Shown here: one piece after another, positions 1 to 11,260 of the stretch
How the letters are laid out: each line of letters opens with the position of its first letter
How positions within the stretch are numbered: the stretch's first letter is position 1
DNA from: Tubiluchus corallicola
Lineage: Eukaryota; Animalia; Priapulida
DNA length: 64,000 bases
NCBI GenBank assembly: GCA_030141605.1
Contig: JAQGDQ010000039.1
Location: forward strand, 558,001-622,000
Direction: 5' to 3'
Translations under genes and position numbers: made by a program
Notes under the pieces: model-generated
The model's input: only the letters and a program-made list of their open reading frames with translations
What the model was told of the DNA's origin: nothing
The model's database searches: none

Positions 1-1015
1 GAAAAACTTCTGTTGCCTGATACGACAGATGCGGGACTATTTGATCAAATTTTTCTAATTGGCTTAAAAGTTAAAATATGCCCTGCGACCATACTTACAA
101 CACCTCAGCTAGTTCAAAATCTTAAAGAACTGCCCTGATAATTTGCTAGACTCAGGTGACACCACAGGCACCAACATAATAACAAGTAGCTCTGCTATAA
201 ACTGCAGGACACCTACCTTAATGTGCAGAATTGTATCTAAAAACATTATTCAAGATAGCTCTGCCATCAGTTATAGAATTTGGGATAATGTCTCATTCAT
301 CATGATTTATTTATCAGTAATGAGGCTTATTACAACAGAGATGCAAAGGTTCTTTAGAAATAAGAAATGGTGATGTGCCATTGAATGAGGCAATGAATTA
401 CTTCAAGCACCATTAAAAGAAACCCAGTACCAATTTTAAATTTGTTTCATGCAAACTCAAGTCTAGTCAACAATGGCACATCAACAGCACTTATTTTTTT
501 ACACTGAAAACGAGTTAAGGGTTTAGCTTATCAGGGCAGCTAAATCTGTGTAATTTATTTTACTAACTTTTAATTGCCTCCAAATGTCTAAAAATATATG
601 GTATTCCAAGCTCATCTAAATATCATGTCACCTTTCCTGTCCAGGAATTCGTTTACATGTACATTACAGTACATTAGCAGTCTTGTTTGGGTGAATAATA
701 GAAAATAATATGCATAAGCGTGGCATTTGCTCAATTTGGCAGAAACTGCAAACAAAATGCATAAAAAAGAAAAACTTGAAAAAGGATAAAAATAAATTTA
801 CATACTCATACGGATATAAAGTTATCAGTGATCTCGTCCCAAATTGTAAAATCTTTTCACAACAGAAGTCTCCTTACGTACATATCACAACACTTTACAT
901 TTAAAAGATGTGTTCTCACTTATAGTTTAAAAATGTGTACAGTTCGTATTTTAAGCTAACTGTTTTACAAACAGAATCAGCACAGTTTTCTCAGTCTCAC
1001 ACTGTCATGCTCACA

Positions 1016-1513
1016 CTAGTGCTGCTGTTCATGTGTAGGTTTCTGTTTATGCTGACGATGATGACGACGGTGGCCGTGTCGCTTTTTCTTCTCTGACGGT
1101 ACTGCGTTTGTTTCGCTTGCGGAAGTTGGAGGCGGAAGAAGCGTGGGAGGTGGCGGTGCAGTTTCGACATGTAATCCAGTAATAATAGACTGACTCAACT
1201 GTTGCAGATCGGTAACAAGTTTAGAAAGGTTTTCGTCAGCCACTTTACGAGCTTCCTCTGACTCTAGTCCAATGTTTTCTAAATCAGTGTCCATATCGAA
1301 GTGAAGCTTAGCGAGACGCTCTTGTTGTTCTCTGACTTGGTCCATTTTCTCGAAATAGCTTTCTTCCCCAAATGCCTGTAGTCGACCGGAATGAAAGTCA
1401 TCTAACAGAGCAAGAAGGCCTTGTTCCATTTTACGGACATCAGAAACATCAGTGAGGAATGAATGTTCTTTGCACGTTTGCGATAGACTGGTATCAGGCA
1501 GCTGTTGAGCCAT
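1016..1513 (-). CDS. CCDC28: Coiled-coil domain-containing protein 28 (CCDC28A/B-like), single coding exon, 165 aa
   Basis: Contains EHSFLTDVSDVRKMEQGLLALLDDFHSGRLQAFG...MDQVREQQERLAKLHFD, the conserved CCDC28 core. Complete ATG-to-stop ORF; a ttttttgcag acceptor at 1601-1610 (minus) defines a 5'UTR-containing exon. Confidence 0.92.
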   Translation of the reverse strand: MAQQLPDTSLSQTCKEHSFLTDVSDVRKMEQGLLALLDDFHSGRLQAFGEESYFEKMDQVREQQERLAKLHFDMDTDLENIGLESEEARKVADENLSKLVTDLQQLSQSIITGLHVETAPPPPTLLPPPTSASETNAVPSEKKKRHGHRRHHRQHKQKPTHEQQH

Positions 1514-2085
1514 TTTACAACCTTTTGATAAGTTCGAAAATGCCTCTTATAAAATACTAGCAAGCATTAATCACTAAAGCTCTCCGATCCATCACCAATA
1601 CTGCAAAAAATAATCAGTTCAAATGTTTTTGAGTTTAAACACAGCTATACAAAAAAGCAATAACCATTAAACAATGAAAACATTTTTGTATAAAATATGT
1701 TGCAGCCAAAGCACTCGACAATTGCTCCAAAATACTAAGATACTACCTGGTATTTGGGAAAAAATTCCAAATCAGCATTCAAAAATTTGAAAACTATCCA
1801 ATTCGACAAATGGATAATGATTTGGCCAAATACATGTACATATGTATAGCTATGTACATGTAGCTATGAAATACATACATATGCTGAGCAATGCATTCAC
1901 AACTTGCCTTATATTGCCAGAAGAGTGTCTACAAGCTCTTATAGAGAAAAGCAAATGTATAGTATGTTTGTTACTCAAACTCACAACTAGTATCATAATG
2001 GATAAATTTACAATGTAACAAGCAGTAACAGCAATACAGCACACGTGCATTACACTGGTAGATGCAGATAATGGCTGGTAGTGCG

Positions 2086-2529
2086 GCAGTATGAGTCGGT
2101 GGAGAGACCACACCAACTTGCGTCGCTGTAGTATGAGTCGGTGGAGAGACCACACCAACTTGCGTCGCTGCAGTATGAGTCGGTGGAGAGACCACACCAA
2201 CTTGCGTCGCTGCAGTATGAGTCGGTGGAGATACCACACCAACTTGCGTCGCTGCAGTATGAGTCGGTGGAGAGACCACACCAACTTGCGTCGCTGCAGT
2301 ATGAGTCGGTGGAGAGACCACACCAACTTGCGTCGCTGCAGTATGAGTCGGTGGAGAGACCACACCAACTTGCGTCGCTGCAGTATGAGTCGGTGGAGAG
2401 ACCACACCAACTTGAGTCGGTGGAGAGACCACACCAACTTGCGTCGCTGCAGTATGAGTCGGTGGAGAGACCACACCAACTTGCGTCGCTGTAGTATGAG
2501 TCGGTGGAGAGACCACACCAATTTGCGTC
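2086..2529. repeat. 42-bp minisatellite, ~10.5 copies
   Basis: Unit cagtatgagtcggtggagagaccacaccaacttgcgtcgctg repeated head-to-tail almost perfectly; one copy near 2410 lacks 15 bp. Explains the overlapping repetitive ORFs in 1850-2546. Confidence 0.97.
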
Positions 2530-5500
2530 TTTCTCTTACTCTATAGGGATATTTGAGTGCACCTGAAGTATCAACTTAAAGCATCAAAAACAGCTCTACA
2601 TACCACCGAATGTGTTACTACTGATAAGAGTCAGAATAATTCTTATAATACATCACTTAGATTGAAATTCAGTCTTCGCTGTTTCAATTATTATAATTCA
2701 TCGTACTCAAACTATGCAATTTAGACTTTGATTCTCTGTTCTCGTAAAATGTCACACAAGAATTTGCTTAGATTCTGGTAACAAAATTCTGGCCCTTCAG
2801 TTGAAATAAAATTTATTTATTTTCCACTGGCTGGTAGTAATGTTTTTAATTTTTTTAATGCAATTTTTTATGCTTAAAGGACATCACTACTATTAACATA
2901 ATGTGATAATTTTTAGTCTCCAATACGGTAAACCTAAATAGTAACCCTGGCCGAAAGCTGTAGAAAAACATAGCTGCCTAGTGGAAACGACGATATTATA
3001 ATAACTGCGTTTTAAATTAAAAAATGTTTTTATATGATTGCACCAAGTAAGTATATGAACGTACAAAAAAATTATAAAGTTCCCAGCCGGGTGATGCTCT
3101 GTTACATGTTTGAAGTAGATCATTGTCTTTATAATATTCACAAGTTCTTTTTTACAATAGAACAGTTTGTTTAAGGAAAAGCTTGTCTAACCACACTGTC
3201 AATGCACAGATTGTAAATAAATTCAAAGCATTGTATGATAGTTACTATTTCACAAAGCATCACTGATAGCTTGTATGTATCATGTTAATTATGTTAGAGA
3301 TCACTTCATAAAGTTGGAATTTTCATGGTCTGTTGATCTTCAAGCTGATATTACTGTGTTATAGTTACAAGAGATAAATCATTTTTATCTGAATCTATCA
3401 GAAAAGACTGACTGTACATTGTATATTTCACACTAATAAATGAATTACACAACTGACGTAATCATCACACAGCCTAACCTACTGCTCATAACCTCTAGCC
3501 CTACTTTAGACATTGAGCAATTAGCTTTTAAGAATTAATACAAAAACTTTAATACTAGATCGGCAGCCGTTGGAGTGAACCTTGCATTTTCCGTGGTCTT
3601 GTTTTTCTCAGTGGTTTTTTCATGTTCTGATGGTCTTCTTTAAGTACATTAAGGGTGGTCCTATGTCACTTTTGAGCAATTTGAGATATTGGACCAAAAG
3701 AGTTACATTAGAGAAGTACGTACCACAACAAAACAAAACTGCCATTATTATGCAAATGAAAACACTAAGTAAACTAAATTTAATATTTTTAAATTAAAGG
3801 ATATTAAAACAAATAAAAAAATATCGAGTTTTTATGTACACAATGGAAAATGGTGTTAGAGAATCACACTAAAATAATCTAATTAGGATGTGGTCGTTTC
3901 TTCTTCAATGGTTCACGTGTTAGTCTTTTCTTAATCCACTAACCTTAAGATTTCATCACTTATTCAAATTACTAGGCAATAGTTTCTTTATCCAGATTAT
4001 ATCATTACTCCCACAACTAAGTTACTGCTTTCATACAATCCAATTCCTTCTTTCAGCTTTGTGAGATTTTATTTGTTTGTTATTACTGAGAGCCCAACAC
4101 ATGCATGGAACATGATGCAAACTAATTATTGTGCACTACTTATTATTATGGATAACATTGCATTTAATATTGTAATGACTTATTGTTCCAGAATAAGAGC
4201 TGCGACCATTTTTAAAACTGCATCTGGTTATGATTTTACCACAGGAGGCACATTTGCTGGCTATAATAGTTTTGGTGTGCCATCTTTCAAAACCATATAA
4301 TTTGTGTTATCAAGAGAAAATGTTGAGTCACCTCAACTGCCTTTTTTCCATCGCGTATGCTTGAATGTACACTCGTTTCATTTTCACTAAATGCTTCCAT
4401 TCTTGATGGTGAAGCGTCCACAGCTTTACACCAGAACAAGCGCATCTGATCGTGGTTAAAATTCCATTTGTGTGCTTGCAAACCAAAACCGTCCATAAGT
4501 CGGCATAGTTAAAACTACGTTATGATGCTTTAAAGTAAACTGACCCAAAAATTTGGTCAAATGTTAATTTTTTGTTTTTTATAAAAACAAGGGCTAAATA
4601 TATTCAACTTTTACATTCTAGCATCAAATTATCAAGGAAATGTCCAAAAAATACTAAAAATTTAATTTTATAACCAAATGCCACAATTCCGGCTAGAAAT
4701 TAGTACTGCAATTATAAAAAAGCATGCATATTCAAACTTCGATAGTAGCTTTGACGGAAGCAGTCATTTTGCTTCGGGTTTTTTCTGTTGACAAGTCCAG
4801 ATCCTTGTCAGGAAGAGCCGGCTACTGGACTTAAATATAATTTCAATGTGATCTTGTAAGGTCCATAGCAACCACACTTTCGTACAGTTGCTAAGCGTTT
4901 TGTGGAGACATGACTAACTTTAACAGTGATTTTCTCAAGATTATGTTTTTCAGTGTGCAGCCTGCACCTCAACTTCAACGTGAATTATCTCAGCTTAGAA
5001 ATGACATAGAGTGACGAGCTTGGCATCAAAATGATCCTCATGAAATGGAGATCAGGATATGTGAATAACTAGAAAAGCTTAACTGCCAACTTATGGATGA
5101 TTTTGCTATGCAAGCACACATTTAGTGATCCTAGTAACATCTGTTCTATGCACTCAACTATCCTAGTTTCAGACATGGTACTATGTACATTTTGAGTAGA
5201 CTTATCTATAGCATGCACTGATGAATTTAGTGGTTTGAGTTCCATTAGGCTGCTTTAATATTGCCAAATTTGGGATTGCCAAAGTACATTCAATATGGTT
5301 CTCTGTCCTACACTGAGTAAGTGCATAGACTCCTATAATCTTTTGAATGATGCTTTGACGATTCTTCACTGTTTAACCATTTTCCAATTCCACAAATAAA
5401 ATGAAACAGTAAAATGAATCTGTGTCATCTCAAAGACTAATGTTCATTACTGGCTAGTTTTATGACCCAATGAACTTTTTCTTTTCAGCCTGTCCTTTAT

Positions 5501-5749
5501 TTTAATGCAGTTTATTTCTTCTGCTAAGGCTGCCTGGCCAACGGCCAGTTATTTCTAGCTTACTATTGATGCTGGAAATGGAGATAATTCATAGGACAGT
5601 ACTTCACTGATGTTTGTGTTATTGTTGAATTCCTGCAATTCTTAAACAATTAGGATCAATATTATTTATTTTGCCCAATCCCTCTTCTATGGGACTTCTT
5701 CATCAATGCCATGTGCATTCATAGAGATTGTATCATAGACTCTTCTGAC

Positions 5750-6360
5750 CAGTGGCGGCTCGTAGCTAAAATTAGTGGGGTGTTGCTTCAGAAAAATTTT
5801 AGTCATTGTTTTAATACTGTAAAAAGCGTAACAAACATATTATGTAATTTTAATGTTGTAGTTATATTTGAAGATTAGATGCTGAACAGCCTCTTTTCTT
5901 AACTGCAACTTTCTCATGGAGAGACAACTGTGAAAAATTAAGCTGTTGTAGTTCACTTACAGACACAGGACTTATTTCTTTGGGATGCCAGGCATCCATT
6001 ATTAAATAATTTATGTTTTAAGCACACACGCTAAGTTTACACTTTATCACATCCAATAATATGACGGTACATGGTAAGCACATGGCAACTGTTACTGTGT
6101 TAGACACAGCACTTTTCTACCTAGCAGCAGATGCAGCGTACAGCATGTTATCTCAGACTGTATGCATGGCTACATGTGCACAACAGCCAAACACCATATT
6201 GCTAGGGCTGTGAAGTTAATTGTACTTCCCTCACATGCTCTGGTTCCGCACCAAGTATAAAAAAGAACTAAAGAAAAGACTTATTATATTGAATTTTATC
6301 GATAATAATGAGTGAAAACAGGGCGTGCTGCAGTACCACAGTACCTATACACTGCCACTG
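5750..6360. mobile_element. Old hAT-type non-autonomous DNA transposon (MITE)
   Basis: Termini CAGTGGCGG (5750) and CTGCCACTG (ending 6360) are inverted repeats; flanking 8-mers cttctgac / tttgtgac match 6/8 (degenerate TSD). Confidence 0.65.
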
Positions 6361-6961
6361 TTTGTGACCACCTGTTTACAAAATACTGTTGTACTGCCAT
6401 ATCAATGTTGTTGAATTGACTACACTCAATGATGACAGTACAAGCTTCCCATTTATATTAACTATGCTGAGGATGTTGTTGTGGCGCTAGAAGATTTATA
6501 CAAACTCCCAGTTGTTTGCATAGTTCTGTCTATATTATCTGCGACTATTCTGACTTTGGCTTCTATCTTTTATGTGCCCTGAAGTATAGGCCTATCTGTT
6601 ATCCTGCCTCACAGCTGAAATGTTCTTCTTCTAAGAATCTTCTTCTTCACAACAAACATAATGACTCGGTGTTTATCTCTTTCTCTTTTCTTCTGTTTCA
6701 GTCATACAAGTATAATAATAATAATGAAAACAAGTTTTGTTAAATAACCTACCCATAATGCGACTTTTGCTTGCTATGTTGTGAGGCAGAGATCCATAGG
6801 GTATGTCATAGGCACCTAGCCAAGATAAGCAGATTAGAAAAAATTGTATAGTTGTAATTATTATGGTTTCCCCAAACTCCATGAAAGAATGTCTAAATTT
6901 CTAGGTATTTTCTACATTATACCAGTTATATTTTTATGAAACAGCAATATACATTAAGTTG

Positions 6962-7371
6962 CAGGGTTCCCTCACTTATCGCGGGTGTTCCGCTCCAGGC
7001 CCACCTGCGATAAGTGAATTTTCGAGAAGTAGAGATGCTATACTTCGCGGAGCATCTCAAGCGGGCGCAAGTACTACAGTTTGTTTTTGGTATGTATTCA
7101 TCCACCGAATAAATTCACTATTTACTGTAAATGGTAATTTTTTATGATTTATAATATTCTTTTAATGTTAGAATCAATATTTTTAATATATTTTTATACA
7201 TTTTGTGATTTTTTATGCAAAATTCATCAAATGTATACATTACTGTACAATACGTACTATGCATGTGCAAAAATACTTTAGATGGAGTACCGCAAAAACC
7301 CGCGAAACAGCGACAAATATTTTACATTAATATTTTTGATAAACGAACCGCGACGTAGCGAGGGAACACTG
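6962..7371. mobile_element. Tc1/mariner-superfamily (Tigger/pogo-like) MITE
   Basis: Left end CAGGGTTCCCTCACTTATCGCGG vs reverse complement of right end CAGTGTTCCCTCGCTACGTCGCGG; TA follows the right end (left flank reads TG). Confidence 0.75.
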
Positions 7372-7859
7372 TACTACAAAAACTAATAATTACTGTACCC
7401 ATATAATGTATTGCGTAAGTATTGTAGCCCAATTTTTGAATTCTTCATGTCAAAACCTAGCTACCAATTTAATTCTACGTCAGTGCCAGTTTCATTTGAC
7501 TAATCATAATAGTTATGGTATGTCACAGCACATTCTTTTTCCATTGTAACTCTTTCTGTCCACATCTCAAGATAATTAAGGTTGACAAAGGGCTACCCTT
7601 AATACTCTTAAAAGGGACTATCAGAACATGAGAAAACTGCTGAGAAAAAACACACGGAAAGTGAAAGGTTCAGCCAAAAAAGGCTTCTGGCTGAAGGGAC
7701 TATACCCAATAAACTAACATGAGAAATTAATAAAACAGCACGAATCAGAATGCCATCATCACCATCATCTATTGTATACCTTGGGCAGGCAGAATTCTAA
7801 AATACAAGAATTTCTTCTTCAAAATCTCATTCCACCTATTGTAGGCATTGAGGTATCAA

Positions 7860-8140
7860 CATTTATCAGAGTATTCCACCCACTTCTACTATCTGCAGCT
7901 AACAGCATAAGCTCTTCTACTCCTAAAAATAGATTTGGTTGAAATTGTTGAACATCTTTATTTATCTTAGCTATAGATCCAGGTTGTTTAAGTTTTGCCA
8001 GATTTTAAAGCTTCCTTTAAGGCAACTCTTACTGGTGCTTCATTTGGTAACTTTAGAAGATGTCCTAGCCATCTTAATCTTCGGATCTTGACTTTTGAAC
8101 GCCAATAAATTTTTTTTGTTCTGGTGTATAAATCTTCATG
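7860..8140 (-). mobile_element. Decayed RTE-like LINE 3' fragment
   Basis: Translation LYTRTK...SKVKIRRLRWLGHLLKLPNEAPVRVAL matches the post-RT RR(L/M)xWxGHxxR motif, also seen in the intact copy at 9.3-11.2 kb (ERRMKLAGHILRL). Boundaries approximate. Confidence 0.75.
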
Positions 8141-9303
8141 TGGCGGTTGTCGGTGACGCGCAACAACTCGTTGGAAAACAACATCTTCTAGCAAGGAATA
8201 CCTATATTTAACATTTGCTGGAGTAAGAATAAATTTCATCCTCATCCAATGAATCATACGTCAGGGACATGATTCTGCACCACCTCCCTATGCCAGGACT
8301 TCCTGCTTGCCGCAATGCCCCAAGTGCATTTATTTTTAAGGATCAATGCTGAAGTGTTTAAAGCGATCTGTGTTTAAGAATCCATGCTGATGCTACCGCA
8401 ACTACCATTATTACGCGCTTGAATCATTGCAGAGAGCAGGAAGCCCAGCTATATAAGCAGGCGATCATTTAAGATAAAATACTTTAATTTAAACGGAAAA
8501 TTAAAGTCAGTGGCTTGTCAGCACCACTACCGGTTTCAGAAATTTCAGAAATTCCAGAAAATGGGAATTCAGGAAAACTATGATGTGCAATAAGAAAAAT
8601 CTTTGTAACAGCATCTGCATCGTAATGGTGATTGACGCATGATTTTGCGTATGCGGCACGACTCAGACATTAAGGTATTGTATGTGTGTTTATCAATATG
8701 TCAACGTTATCATTTTCTTTCTTTCTGGTTGCACTATAACAGCATGGTTAACTAAACACCTTCCCTCAGCAAAGGTAAGAAAAGAGAAAAAAAGGTTACG
8801 ATTAAACTTTCTAAATCTTAGGTCATTACTCATTAGAGGAAAGGAGGTCACTTAAAGATAGTATTGCGTTATCAAATCAAAAATAAAAGCACAGATATAG
8901 ACAGAGACAGTTTTTTTACAAGACAGAGAAATACAAACCGTTTTAAACGGCGATTAAATTACGTCAATTTGAATGTGTTTATAGTATTTAATGGGCACAT
9001 GTAAGAAGCGTTTGCTCTTTTTGTCTCCCCCACACTACCCCTCTTATAACTATTGCTTTTCATGCGCATACATATTTTAAGACAAAGAAATTCATGTTGG
9101 TTGGACGCTATATGTACATCAATGGCCGTGCTATTTTTGGCACCAAACACTAGGAGTGAGCATCGAACGTTCGAATCGAATTCGAATGCTCGAATTCGAT
9201 TCGAACGAGTTTTTTTAGTTCGAACTTGATTCGAATTCAAGACTATAGATTCGAATAATTCAGCACTTCAATCACACATGTTTTTTATCACTAAAACGAT
9301 TGA

Positions 9304-11260
9304 CCTTACCTTAGACCTTAGTCCTTCCTGCGCATTGATGCACATTGGGCAGACAGCATTTTCCACTGAGTTCTATCGGCGGCTTCGTTCTCTACGTTTT
9401 CCCAACGTATGTTGACAGCTCGAAGGTCTTCTTTGAAGGATCTGCGCCACGTTGTTTTTGGCCGACCTCTTTTTCGTTTCCCACCAGGTGGTTCCCACTG
9501 TACTGCTGTTTTGGCGTAACGACTTTCTGATAGACGGAGAATATGTCCAGCCAGTTTCATTCTTCTCTCTGTAACTATATCTTGTAACCGCAATGACTGC
9601 GCTCGTTGAAGAACTTCTACATTGGTGACATGGTCGCGGTAGGAGATTTTTAGTATCTTTCGAAGGCATTTTTGGTGGAAGACGTTCAGTTTCTTTGATA
9701 ACTCCGCTGTGACTTTCCAGGTTTCGCTGGCATAGAGAGCCGTTGGCAGCACAATGGCGTTGTACAGACGAAGTTTGATTTTCATGTCAATTTTCTTGCT
9801 TGTCCAGATTTTTCCCATCTTCCTAAATACTGCTGTTGCTTTGCCGATTCTCCCCCTGATGTCATTTTCTGTACCTCCATTACAGGTCATCACACTGCCC
9901 AGATATGAAAAACTGGTAACGTTCTTAACCATTTGGCCTCCCACTGTTATATGTACATCATTCTGTTGGTTTGTCCACACTTTCAAAACTTTGGTCTTTT
10001 CTTGACTAATTCTCAATCCAATTTTTCCCGCTACTTCTTCCATACTTGTGGTCAGTTGTTGCAGGCTTTCTTTTGATGTTTCCAGAAGAGCTATATCGTC
10101 AGCAAAGTCCAGATCTGCCAATCGTTGTTGTTGTTTCCATTGCATTCCTAGATCTTTACCATCAACCGCCTTCTTCATGATGAAATCAATCGTCAGTAGG
10201 AACAGGAATGGCGACATAATGCAACCCTGCTTAACTCCAGTTTCGATGGTGAAATACTCGGTGTTTCCCTCTTGTGTTCTTATACAACAGCCGCTGTTTT
10301 GGTAAAAGTTCTGGATGGTTGAAATGAATTTCTGTGGGATACCATACAGAGAAGCAATTTTCCATAGAGACTGCCTGTGAACAGAGTCAAAAGCCTTCTT
10401 GAAATCAATAAAATTGATTAATAAGGGCTGTTGGAATTCCATACATTGCTCAATGATGTTTCTGAGAGTGAATATCTGTTCACAGCATGATCTTCCTTTT
10501 CTAAATCCAGCTTGTTGTTCTCTTAGTCTTATATCAACAGCATCTCTCAACCGATCTAGCAGCACTATACTCAGGACTTTTCCAGGTATTGACATCAGAG
10601 TTATTCCTCTCCAATTATTGCAATCTGTCAGGTTCCCTTTTTTAGGCAACTTCACGATGACTCCATTTCTCCAATCTTCGGGGACCTTTTGTTGTTCCCA
10701 GCAGCTGTTCAGGAGCTTTGTCATTGATCGTGTTATCCCTTTATTACCGTGTTTCAGGAGCTCAGCTGTTATTTGGTCCTCTCCAGCTGCTTTGTTGTTC
10801 TTTAGTTTTTTGATGGCAGTTTCGACTTCCAGTTCACTGATGTTGTCCAATCTTACATCTAGCTGTTGTTGTCCAATTTCATTCTCAAAATTGAATAATG
10901 TTGTTGGGTTTGGCTGGTTGAGAACTTCCTTGAAGTGTTCCACCCATCGTGCGTTTTGCTGTTCTGTTGTTGTGAGAGTCACACCACTTTTGTTCTTGAT
11001 TGGCACAGCTGGGGTGCCTCCTGTTCCCGTTAGATCTTTAACAATTCTGTAGAGAGTCTTGGTATCATTATGGCTGGCTGCTAACTGTGCTTCTTCACCC
11101 TTCTTTTCAAACCATTCGTTCTTGTCCCTCCTGCAACGTCTTTTTACTGCTCTATCTGCCAGTTGGTACTGCTCATTGGCTTGACTCCTGCTTTCTGGTG
11201 TTTTTGCTTGGTCTCTCATTTGCTTAGTCTTCTTTCTTTCATCAATTAATTCCCAAGTTT
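9304..11260 (-). mobile_element. 5'-truncated RTE-clade non-LTR retrotransposon
   Basis: 12-bp TSD TAAAACGATTGA at 9292-9303 and 11261-11272; (TAAGG)-like 3' tail directly at the stop codon; RT-coding frame runs to the 5' truncation point. Confidence 0.95.
9318..11219 (-). CDS. LINE ORF2 reverse transcriptase (RTE clade), endonuclease domain missing
   Basis: Motifs KAAGEDQITAELLK, NWRGITLMS, QAGFRKGRSC, FIDFKKAFDSV, GVKQGCIMSP, LDFADD, FSYLGS and C-terminal GKRKRGRPKTTW; 633 codons without a stop. Confidence 0.95.
   Translation of the reverse strand: MRDQAKTPESRSQANEQYQLADRAVKRRCRRDKNEWFEKKGEEAQLAASHNDTKTLYRIVKDLTGTGGTPAVPIKNKSGVTLTTTEQQNARWVEHFKEVLNQPNPTTLFNFENEIGQQQLDVRLDNISELEVETAIKKLKNNKAAGEDQITAELLKHGNKGITRSMTKLLNSCWEQQKVPEDWRNGVIVKLPKKGNLTDCNNWRGITLMSIPGKVLSIVLLDRLRDAVDIRLREQQAGFRKGRSCCEQIFTLRNIIEQCMEFQQPLLINFIDFKKAFDSVHRQSLWKIASLYGIPQKFISTIQNFYQNSGCCIRTQEGNTEYFTIETGVKQGCIMSPFLFLLTIDFIMKKAVDGKDLGMQWKQQQRLADLDFADDIALLETSKESLQQLTTSMEEVAGKIGLRISQEKTKVLKVWTNQQNDVHITVGGQMVKNVTSFSYLGSVMTCNGGTENDIRGRIGKATAVFRKMGKIWTSKKIDMKIKLRLYNAIVLPTALYASETWKVTAELSKKLNVFHQKCLRKILKISYRDHVTNVEVLQRAQSLRLQDIVTERRMKLAGHILRLSESRYAKTAVQWEPPGGKRKRGRPKTTWRRSFKEDLRAVNIRWENVENEAADRTQWKMLSAQCASMRRKD

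Noticed and set aside
2086-2529. CRISPR-like array
   Set aside because: Units are contiguous with no unique spacers, there are no cas genes, and the context is eukaryotic. The same applies to the arrays at 18.7, 44.9 and 56.4 kb.
3650-5110. Possible TTAA-flanked DNA transposon remnant
   Set aside because: Only a loose inverted similarity (ctatgtca...tgagata near 3661 and 4985-5010); no convincing terminal repeats or TSD.
9345-11052. ORFs overlapping the RT (e.g. 10399-11052 +)
   Set aside because: Antisense or alternate-frame shadows of the LINE ORF with no recognisable motifs.
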